This document shows positions 1-8,727 of a stretch of 32,000 bases of DNA, piece after piece; the stretch's first letter is position 1, and each line of letters starts with the position of its first letter. The notes beneath the pieces were generated by a model that did no database searches, was not told where the DNA came from, and saw only the letters and a program-made list of their open reading frames with translations. The stretch covers positions 1,890,001 through 1,922,000 of the forward strand of contig NC_017039.1 in NCBI RefSeq assembly GCF_000284455.1, in the 5' to 3' direction. The stretch is from Synechocystis sp. PCC 6803 substr. PCC-P (lineage in GTDB: Bacteria > Cyanobacteriota > Cyanobacteriia > Cyanobacteriales > Microcystaceae). A program made the translations under genes and the position numbers.

Positions 1-1159
<1,159 letters not shown>

Positions 1160-1240
1160 CTACAAAGTGCGCTTAAATCCCCGCCCATTTTACCGGAGAT
1201 ACCAGCCAATAACTAAACCTAACCTCCAATTGAGTACTGC

Positions 1241-1486
1241 CTAACTTGCTAGCAAGATTGGTTGATCGTGTAAAGCCATTAATTTTTCTCTGGGAACCGC
1301 CAACATGGCATAAGCCTGACCATCTCCGTCGGCAAACTCGACTTCAAAAGCTTCCCCTCCCCCCAGGATCTCAATAATTGTCCCAACTTGTCCCTGACGC
1401 AATAGAATTGGCTGGCTTGTCAGAAAAAGCTTGGCAGTAATATCTTCTTTTAACGCCACAAGACTATGTAGTTGAAGGTTGTCCAT
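1241..1486 (-). CDS. DUF4926-like small protein; start MDNLQLHSLVALKED preferred over the upstream ATG
   Basis: 81-aa reading from internal Met; 'LVALKEDI...LLRQGQVGTIIEILGGGEAFEVEFADGDGQAYAMLAVPREKL' resembles DUF4926 proteins by eye. Located 19 nt downstream of the next gene. Confidence 0.75.
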   Translation of the reverse strand: MDNLQLHSLVALKEDITAKLFLTSQPILLRQGQVGTIIEILGGGEAFEVEFADGDGQAYAMLAVPREKLMALHDQPILLAS

Positions 1487-1505
1487 AAGTGTAATTTCCT
1501 TGATG

Positions 1506-1853
1506 CTAATTGCGAATGGGATAAACATTGGTTAGTCGAGGATAGGTCTCCCCGGGGCGGATTATCCAAGCACTAAGTACTTTCGCTGTTCCAGTGGTAG
1601 TGGTCATGGGAAAAACAGCCACATAACGTTCTCCGTACTGGTCAGAATCTGTCAATTCAAAATTTTGATAATGAGCGGCTACTTTTCTGAGCCTAGTAAT
1701 AAGAAAGTCTTGGTTATCTATTGTTATACCCAATTTAGCTCGAAAAAGTCTAGCTTTATGTTTGCCATTAGGATGGTTTAGGTTAAGGGAATAGGTCTGT
1801 AGTTTATCAGTTATTTGCTTCACATCAGCTTGGTTTCCGTAGGGCAATTTCAT
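1506..1853 (-). CDS. DUF6883-like protein
   Basis: 115 aa; 'LNLNHPNGKHKARLFRAKLGI...YGERYVAVFPMTTTTGTAKVLSAWIIRPGETYPRLTNVYP' matches the general DUF6883 pattern from memory. Confidence 0.75.
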   Translation of the reverse strand: MKLPYGNQADVKQITDKLQTYSLNLNHPNGKHKARLFRAKLGITIDNQDFLITRLRKVAAHYQNFELTDSDQYGERYVAVFPMTTTTGTAKVLSAWIIRPGETYPRLTNVYPIRN

Positions 1854-1945
1854 AACTTAGATTAAAAATATCCCAGAACTTAATTCAGGATAGATGTTAC
1901 AGCATCGATTAGTATGATCATAGGTTTTTCCTCAGGGGTTTTGCC

Positions 1946-4453
1946 ATGACCGATCGCCTTTCCTATTTGCTTTCCTGGCTCCGACAACGGACGGAATTAG
2001 GCCAACTTGCCCCGGAGATTCTGGAGGCGATCGCCAGCCAATTAATTGAATTTTCCCTGGCTAAGGGTGAAAGTCTGCCCAAAGATAGGGACAAGGGAAC
2101 GGACTTGTACATTCTTGGTCAAGGACAGTTGGAATCTGATGCCCGGAAATTTTGTTTATTGCCAGGGGCAATTATTAATCTAGAGGCATTCATAATTGAT
2201 AGTCCCCTAGAACAGGATTTAGTCGCCCTTACTGACTGCCAATTGTGGTATTTACCAGGGCAAAAAATGCGGCAATTGCTGCAAGATTATCCCCAGATAA
2301 CTCAGGCTTTTTCCCAACAATTGGTGCAGGAACTCAGGGAACTGAATGCCCAATTATTTTTTGAACAGGAAAAACAGAAGATTTTACGCCCCTACCTCGT
2401 CCCTGCCGCTAAGCGAGCCATTATGGGTAAAAGTCGCTATGCCCAAAAGCTCCGGGAGCAAATTAAAGCAGTATCAACAGATCAAAAGCCAGTATTATTG
2501 TTCGGAGAGCCGGGACTGGAAAAGGATAACACCGCCGCCCTGATTCATTTTGGCTCAGCCCAAGCCCAACGGTCGGTGATGGTGAAGGTCAACTGTGCTC
2601 TGCTATCCGCCAGTGGTCAAGAACTCTTTGGCACCAATCAAGGTAAACCCGGAATTTTAGATGCCTTGGGTCAAGGAACCTTACTGTTGAACAATATTCA
2701 GGAATTGAAACCCCAACTTTTACCGGCGATCGCCAACTTAATTTGTGAAGGTATTTACCAACCGGTGGCCACAGCAGGGGGAGCAGAACCAACTTTTCGC
2801 CATAGTCAAGCCAAGGTAATTGCCATTGCTGAAAACATCATTCCCAAGCTTACTTCCCTATTTACTAACACCATTAAAATTCCCCCTTTGCGGGTAAGAA
2901 AAGCGGATATTGAGGATTACGTTGACTATTATTTAAGTTTAATTTGTCGCTCCAAGGGCATCGAAGTTCCTAACCTAGCACCGGAGGCCCTGCGTCGCTT
3001 ACAAGCCTACGATTTTCCTAATAATATTCGGGAATTAAACAATCTAGTGGAACGGGCGGTAACCCAATTACAGGGCGAAAAAGTAATTACCGAGGAAATT
3101 ATTTGGCCTTCCCAAGGTAAGAAACAATTATTTCGTCTGAATTTACTCAACCGTTACCCGCAATTACGGCAATTTTTACGCAGTGCCTGGTGGCCCGATC
3201 GCCTCAATTATGGCTTCACTGTGTTCGCTTTCCCAGTCATTGTGGCTATTCTTTTTCTAGGGCCCCAAACTAGGGACCAAAATTTTGCATTGAATTTATT
3301 TTGGGCATGGTGGTGGCCCCTAGTGCTATTGGGATTTATTTTTGTTGGTAGACTTTGGTGTGCGGTTTGTCCCTTTATGATTTACGGAGAAATTACCCAA
3401 AAATTATCTCTCTGGCTCTGGCCGAGGAAACTGAAAAAATGGCCGAGGCAGGCAGCGGAAAATTGGGGTGGTTGGTTTCTCTTTGCCCTTTTTGCCCTAA
3501 TTTTACTCTGGGAAGAACTGTGGAATTTGGAAAATACTGCTTATCTTTCTGCTTGGTTATTACTGTTAATTACCGGGGGAGCTATGGTTTGCTCCGTGAT
3601 TTTTGAGCAAAGATTTTGGTGTCGTTACCTCTGTCCCATTGGCGGCATGAACGGCATGTTTGCTAAATTAGCTATCACAGAATTGCGGGCCCAACAGGGA
3701 ACTTGTTCGGCAGAATGTACTACTTACCAGTGCTACAAGGGAGGCCCCGCTAAGGGGGAAGGTCAAGCCACTGAAGGCTGTCCCCTGGGTACCCATCCGG
3801 CCCAACTAACCGACAATCGGGATTGTGTACTATGTATGACCTGTTTAAAAGCCTGTCCCCATCGTTCGGTGGAATTTAATCTGCGTCCCCCGGCGATCGC
3901 CATTGTTACTACCCATACCGTGCGCCCTTACGAAGTAGCCTTATTGTTGTTACTCCTGAATAGCGTTTTATTGAGGAGATTACCAGAATTTATCCAGGTA
4001 TGGCATTTATCGCCAGTGGGTACATTTATTGACCATGGTTTTCTGTCCCTCGGTTTACTATTTTTACCAGCTTTATTGCCACTAATCGCCTACTTTTTGA
4101 TTCCCGCTCCTAAAGTTGGGCAAAAAATTCCCTTCATTAACCTAGCCTACGGTCTATTGCCTCTCACTTTAGCGGCCAACTTAGCCCATTATCTCAACTT
4201 GGGTTTGGGGGAAGCGGGGCAGGTGTTGACCCTAGTGCCAAAAACTTTCCACTGGTCTTTACCCTTTGATTTACCGATGTTGGTGGCGGATCCAGCGGCG
4301 ATCGCCTTTTTGCAAGGTATGCTGCTTTTGGCCGGGGTACTTTGGTCGATTTTTCTCAGTCAACAGTTAGGTAAACAATCCTTTTTCAATCTTCTGCCTC
4401 ACCACAGCACCGTTGTTGGTTTAATGCTGATCTTTTGGAGTGTGATTGTTTAA
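1946..4453 (+). CDS. Fusion protein: cyclic-nucleotide-binding-like (CRP) domain + degenerate sigma54-activator-type AAA+ domain + membrane polyferredoxin (NapH/NosR/CcoG-like)
   Basis: N-terminus 'GTDLYILGQGQLESDARKFCLLPGAIINLEAFI' is cNMP-binding-like. AAA+ remnants: 'LLFGEPGLEKDNTAALIHFGS', 'KVNCALLSASGQELFG', 'GTLLLNNIQEL', 'IPPLRVRKADIEDYVDYYL', 'YDFPNNIRELNNLVERAV'. The C-terminal part has several TM helices, 'WCAVCPFMIYGEITQ', 'CRYLCPIGGMNG' and 'CVLCMTCLKACPHRSVEF'. Confidence 0.9.
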   Translation: MTDRLSYLLSWLRQRTELGQLAPEILEAIASQLIEFSLAKGESLPKDRDKGTDLYILGQGQLESDARKFCLLPGAIINLEAFIIDSPLEQDLVALTDCQLWYLPGQKMRQLLQDYPQITQAFSQQLVQELRELNAQLFFEQEKQKILRPYLVPAAKRAIMGKSRYAQKLREQIKAVSTDQKPVLLFGEPGLEKDNTAALIHFGSAQAQRSVMVKVNCALLSASGQELFGTNQGKPGILDALGQGTLLLNNIQELKPQLLPAIANLICEGIYQPVATAGGAEPTFRHSQAKVIAIAENIIPKLTSLFTNTIKIPPLRVRKADIEDYVDYYLSLICRSKGIEVPNLAPEALRRLQAYDFPNNIRELNNLVERAVTQLQGEKVITEEIIWPSQGKKQLFRLNLLNRYPQLRQFLRSAWWPDRLNYGFTVFAFPVIVAILFLGPQTRDQNFALNLFWAWWWPLVLLGFIFVGRLWCAVCPFMIYGEITQKLSLWLWPRKLKKWPRQAAENWGGWFLFALFALILLWEELWNLENTAYLSAWLLLLITGGAMVCSVIFEQRFWCRYLCPIGGMNGMFAKLAITELRAQQGTCSAECTTYQCYKGGPAKGEGQATEGCPLGTHPAQLTDNRDCVLCMTCLKACPHRSVEFNLRPPAIAIVTTHTVRPYEVALLLLLLNSVLLRRLPEFIQVWHLSPVGTFIDHGFLSLGLLFLPALLPLIAYFLIPAPKVGQKIPFINLAYGLLPLTLAANLAHYLNLGLGEAGQVLTLVPKTFHWSLPFDLPMLVADPAAIAFLQGMLLLAGVLWSIFLSQQLGKQSFFNLLPHHSTVVGLMLIFWSVIV

Positions 4454-4547
4454 CTTCTTCCATACTTCTCATAAGGCGATCGGAAGGGAGTAATACCATC
4501 TAATATTGCCTTCCCTCCCGATGTTGGTTTGATTCAATTAGGATCAA

Positions 4548-5627
4548 TTAAGGTTTCTTTTGATATCCACCATTGGATGGGGATTGGTAATAGACCCCTG
4601 AACCTTGATTAGGAACAAAATGGCAAGCCCAGTAGGACTTAAAAAAAGCTTGCCAAATTGGCTCGTCAGAATATCGATAATATTCCCCTAAAATGGGCTT
4701 GATGGCTTCAGTCGCCCGGCGTAACTTGTAGTGGGGCATATTCGAGAAAATATGGTGGGCGACGTGGGTGCCAATGTCATGGTGAATGGGGTTAATGAAG
4801 CCGTAATCCCGATCAATGGTGGAGAGGGCACCTTTGAGAAAATACCAGTCATCACCACGATACCAAGGGATATTGTCTTCAGTGTGATGTAAAAATGTGA
4901 CCAAATCTAACCACACCACAAACACGAGGTAGGGGGCAACATAAAATTTCAGCAAAAATAGCCAGCCAAATTGCCAAGTTAAAAAGCCAAGGAAGCCGAC
5001 AAAGGCTGCAAGGGCAAAGGTGCTGGTGAGAACAGCTGCTTTTTCTCCGGGACGGAATAGGGGACTGCCGGGCATGAAATGGGAGCCTTGCCGGTTTGGC
5101 GATCGCCGAAATAGATAAATGGGGTAGGCGATCAGAGGCAAGTAAAAACGTAGAAGTTTTTCATACCAGGCCATTTGGTTATATTTTTGCTCCGACACTG
5201 GATACCAACTTTCGTCGGTGTCGATATTGCCCGTGTTGGCATGGTGAGTACGATGACTAATACGCCAGCCATGGTAAGGCACCAAAATTGGCGTGTGGCT
5301 GAGATGACCAATCCAATTATTAAGGGTTTTGGATTTGGAAAAGGAGCCATGGCCACAATCATGGCCCACCACAAACAGGGACCAGAATAGGGTTCCCTGA
5401 ATTAACCAAAAAATCGGATAGAAGAACCAGGAATCAAGGTAGGCCGCTAGAGCATAAAACCCGGCAATTAAACCAACATCCAAAAAAAAGTAGCCCAAGG
5501 ACCGGACTACCGATGGCTCAAAACAATCCGCTGGAATAGCGTTTCTGAGCTCTTGGAGGGTAAATGGTAATTCTTCAGTTTTGGGGTAAGGAAGCTTTGT
5601 TTGAGGCGATGAAATTTCTAGACGCAC
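4548..5627 (-). CDS. desB: omega-3 (delta-15) membrane fatty acid desaturase
   Basis: Three histidine boxes: HDCGHGS, HRTHH, HVAHH; 359 aa with membrane segments. Confidence 0.93.
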   Translation of the reverse strand: MRLEISSPQTKLPYPKTEELPFTLQELRNAIPADCFEPSVVRSLGYFFLDVGLIAGFYALAAYLDSWFFYPIFWLIQGTLFWSLFVVGHDCGHGSFSKSKTLNNWIGHLSHTPILVPYHGWRISHRTHHANTGNIDTDESWYPVSEQKYNQMAWYEKLLRFYLPLIAYPIYLFRRSPNRQGSHFMPGSPLFRPGEKAAVLTSTFALAAFVGFLGFLTWQFGWLFLLKFYVAPYLVFVVWLDLVTFLHHTEDNIPWYRGDDWYFLKGALSTIDRDYGFINPIHHDIGTHVAHHIFSNMPHYKLRRATEAIKPILGEYYRYSDEPIWQAFFKSYWACHFVPNQGSGVYYQSPSNGGYQKKP

Positions 5628-5896
5628 GTATTTATCTTAGGGGCTATGACGGCAAAACAATCCTATGATTCTATCCTAAATCTTCAAAGAAGGCTGCCGT
5701 TGGAAGATGAAAATTCGGCAGTAAGACCAATTTTGACTAAGACAGAAAACACACTAAGGAGAATACTTGATTCAAATTTGTGTAGAGAAAGGACGATAAA
5801 AAGTTCAAATGTTTATAAATACGCAACTCTGATCAACTTTATGGACTAAAACGTCAAAACTTTAAGACTGCAATGGAATGGGGGCTAGTTTAACTT

Positions 5897-6589
5897 CTAC
5901 GGCGCCAACCTCTGTCTGTGCCATTGACCATCAAGCAAATTAAATTGCAAACGGTCATGGAGACGACTAGGGCGGCCTTGCCAAAATTCGATGCGATGGG
6001 GAATCACTCGAAATCCTCCCCAGTGGGGGGGGCGGGGAATGGATTGGTTTTCGTATTGTTTTTCCCAACGGGCTAGATTGTCTTCTAACTCCTGGCGATC
6101 GCCAACAATCCGACTTTGGGGAGAAGCCCAGGCCCCCAATTGAGAACCCCGGGGACGGGACTGAAAATAGGCATCGGATTCTGCCGGATCAATTTTTTCC
6201 ACTTGACCATCCACCCGTACCTGTCTTTCTAGGGCCGCCCACCAAAACACTAATCCTGCCCAAGGATGGGCCGTTAACTGTTGCCCCTTGGCACTGTCAT
6301 AGTTAGTGTAAAAAACGAAGCCCCGCTCATCCAAACCCTTGAGCAGCACCATACGCCCCACCGGATGGCCTTCCTCGGACAGAGTGCTTAAAGTCATAGC
6401 ATTGGGTTCTGGCAACTCAGCGGCGATCGCCTGTTGGAGCCATATGTGAAATTGGGCAAAGGGATGGTCTGCCACCTCAGCCTCGATTAAACCCCCCTGG
6501 GTATAGTTCAAGCGTAAATCCGCGAGGGAAACCCCATCCATAAAGCCTGCGTCCTCCAACTGGTGATCTTCACAGCGGGCAGTTAACAT
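5897..6589 (-). CDS. pdxH: pyridoxamine/pyridoxine 5'-phosphate oxidase; the start may be internal (MDGVSLADLRLNY)
   Basis: 'MTLSTLSEEGHPVGRMVLLKGLDERGFVFYTNYDSAKGQQL', 'VRVDGQVEKI', 'SQPRGSQLGAWASPQS' replaced here by 'YFQSRPRGSQLGAWASPQS', and 'IPHRIEFWQGRPSRLHDRL'. Confidence 0.95.
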   Translation of the reverse strand: MLTARCEDHQLEDAGFMDGVSLADLRLNYTQGGLIEAEVADHPFAQFHIWLQQAIAAELPEPNAMTLSTLSEEGHPVGRMVLLKGLDERGFVFYTNYDSAKGQQLTAHPWAGLVFWWAALERQVRVDGQVEKIDPAESDAYFQSRPRGSQLGAWASPQSRIVGDRQELEDNLARWEKQYENQSIPRPPHWGGFRVIPHRIEFWQGRPSRLHDRLQFNLLDGQWHRQRLAP

Positions 6590-6597
6590 AAGGAATT

Positions 6598-7440
6598 ATG
6601 ACACCATCTGCGGCGAGTCATGCCATTGATACCCTGATCGAAATGGCCCACCAAGGGGAGATTAACCCCTGGGACGTGTCGGTGATCGATGTAATTGATC
6701 GCTTTTTGCAGGATCTGGGCATTCTCAACAGCCTCGACCTGAATTTTCAACAGCAAAATTTACCCCGTTCTGGCCAGGCTTTTCTTTGGGCCTCCATGTT
6801 GGTGCGCTACAAAGCTGACAGTCTCCACAATTTGGAGCAGGAACCAGAAGAAGTTTTACCTGAAGCTGAGCTAGAAGAATGGCCCGATGGTCTAATTGCC
6901 CGGTTACCAAGGGATTTAGAAAATCGTCTGCGTCGCCGCACTGCTGTCCCGCCCCTACAACGTCGTCGGGTTACCCTGGCGGAATTAATTGATCAGATCG
7001 AGGCGATCGCCGTTGAAATCGAAAAAAGCGAACAAAAACCCAAGCGGGTGAAACGGGCCCGTCCCCAATCCCGGCGGGAAGCACTACAAATCATTACCGA
7101 ATTAGCCCACCAGGAAAATTTAACTGAGTTAGCCAGCCAATTGGAACAATTTTTACAAACCCGTCTGCCGGAAATTTTGCCTGATTTACCCCATCGTTCC
7201 TGGGTAGATTTGGATACATTACTCCACTGTTGGCATCATCATTTAGATCCAGATAAATTGCCGGATAAAAAAGATAAAGTTGGCGTATTTTGGGCATTAC
7301 TATTATTAAGTTCCCAGTCGAAAGTATCTTTGGCTCAGGAAGAGTTTTACCAAGATTTACAAGTTCAAATTATTGATGACTCTGAAAAAAATATACAGTT
7401 AACCTTAGATCCAGAAACAGAAGTGTTAAACTCAGCCTAG
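6598..7440 (+). CDS. scpA: segregation and condensation protein A-like (ScpA family)
   Basis: 'LIEMAHQGEINPWDVSVIDVIDRFLQDL', 'FLWASMLVRYKADSL', and a C-terminal 'HRSWVDLDTLLHCWHHHL...VGVFWALLLLSSQSKVSLAQEEFYQDLQV' typical of cyanobacterial ScpA-like proteins. Confidence 0.85.
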   Translation: MTPSAASHAIDTLIEMAHQGEINPWDVSVIDVIDRFLQDLGILNSLDLNFQQQNLPRSGQAFLWASMLVRYKADSLHNLEQEPEEVLPEAELEEWPDGLIARLPRDLENRLRRRTAVPPLQRRRVTLAELIDQIEAIAVEIEKSEQKPKRVKRARPQSRREALQIITELAHQENLTELASQLEQFLQTRLPEILPDLPHRSWVDLDTLLHCWHHHLDPDKLPDKKDKVGVFWALLLLSSQSKVSLAQEEFYQDLQVQIIDDSEKNIQLTLDPETEVLNSA

Positions 7441-7464
7441 TATGCAAGCAATTACTCTTAAATG

Positions 7465-8268
7465 CTAAATATTTCTTAGTTGCAAATCTAAAGACTCATA
7501 TGAGGAGTTAGATGTCAATCTAGTTGCATATAGATTCATTAAATCTTGGATGGAAATCAATTTAACTTCTATAGAATTAATTGCTTGAATTTTTCGAGAG
7601 TGTTGACGACTAATTATCCAAACTTGCTTATGATCTTCATGAAATTCTTCAACTATTCTATCTGAAAACTCTATTCTGCCTTGCTTCAATTGACTACAGT
7701 AATTAATGATTTGTTGACTTTTAAGAGTTTCAATGTCTCCCTTTGCCAAGGTACAGTCATAAATGACTGAAAGATTAGTAGTCCGAAAAAATCCATCCGC
7801 CTTACCAGCTTGTTTTTCTCCAAGGAAACTTTTGATAGTTACAATTCCTAGTGACTTTAATAATAAAAAGGTATATTTTTCAAACTCTTGCCAGTTATTA
7901 GTAGTAGCTAATATCGGAAAAAAGTTAGGGCAGATATCTGAATTATTTTCCCACGAAAGGTCTTTGGATTCTACTTCTATAGAGCTTGATTGAGACAAGT
8001 TATCAGCAGAAACATGCATTTGTCCAGAAGCGATACTTATAAGTTGATGTAATACACGCTCAAACTCCAACATCTCATCTTCAAAAATTCTTATTTTTGA
8101 TCCCACAAACTTGTCTCCAACCTTCTTGCGTTGATCGATAACAATATATTTTGAGCCATTTTTGGCTACCTTTAACTCAAAAAAATAATTATGGGAACCT
8201 GAGAAATAGCGAGCTTTATGCAATAATTCTCTTTCTTCTCTTGTGTACCATTGCTCTGAATTATCCAT
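7465..8268 (-). CDS. PurA/DUF3276-like N-terminal domain fused to a PD-(D/E)XK-like (FokI/AlwI-type) nuclease-fold domain
   Basis: N-terminus 'YFFELKVAKNGSKYIVIDQRKKVGDKFVGSKIRIFEDEMLEFERVLHQLI' is PUR-repeat-like. C-terminus 'WQEFEKYTFLLLKSLGIVTIKSFLGEKQAGKADGFFRTTNLSVIYDCTLAKGDIETLKSQQIINYC...VWIISRQHS...VKLISIQDLMNLY' resembles FokI/AlwI-type catalytic domains. Assignment by eye only. Confidence 0.6.
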   Translation of the reverse strand: MDNSEQWYTREERELLHKARYFSGSHNYFFELKVAKNGSKYIVIDQRKKVGDKFVGSKIRIFEDEMLEFERVLHQLISIASGQMHVSADNLSQSSSIEVESKDLSWENNSDICPNFFPILATTNNWQEFEKYTFLLLKSLGIVTIKSFLGEKQAGKADGFFRTTNLSVIYDCTLAKGDIETLKSQQIINYCSQLKQGRIEFSDRIVEEFHEDHKQVWIISRQHSRKIQAINSIEVKLISIQDLMNLYATRLTSNSSYESLDLQLRNI

Positions 8269-8509
8269 TTTCGTAATTATTAGGAATGATTTGATTTTCT
8301 GAATAACTATAAACCGGAATTTGAATAAAATGATCCGGCTCCTGATTGTCTAGAACAGTCTGTTGTAAACACTCTACCGTTGCTGGCGAAAAAAACTGCT
8401 CTCCAGTTTCTTCATTAACCCGTGCTGGGACGTTTTCAATAATAATTAACCGACCATTTAAACTAAGGGTGTAATTTACCCTTTTTTCAACCAGAGTTTT
8501 GTTGTCCAT
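8261..8509 (-). CDS. YgiT/MqsA-type antitoxin-like small protein lacking the zinc-finger cysteines
   Basis: 'VNYTLSLNGRLIIIENVPARVNEETGEQFFSPATVECLQQTV' follows the YgiT-type pattern 'v.ytl..ggrl.vienVPa.vC..CGE.y.s.e.v..l', with the CxxC positions replaced. Confidence 0.7.
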   Translation of the reverse strand: MDNKTLVEKRVNYTLSLNGRLIIIENVPARVNEETGEQFFSPATVECLQQTVLDNQEPDHFIQIPVYSYSENQIIPNNYENG

Positions 8510-8727
8510 TATTGGTTTCTCTCCTTCGAGTGATCAGCAAGGTCATTACTGGATTGTTGAGGTGGGTATCTAAACCAAATTACACGGCGATCGCCATTGG
8601 GGAGGAGAGGCCTGGGTCCGCCCATGGTTAGGGGATGGGACCGATCAGATTCTCTGGCCAGGGCAACCCTTTGCTACAGTTGAATTGGTTACAAATAGTT
8701 AAAGTTCCGTCCCGCCGTTAAAAGTCT

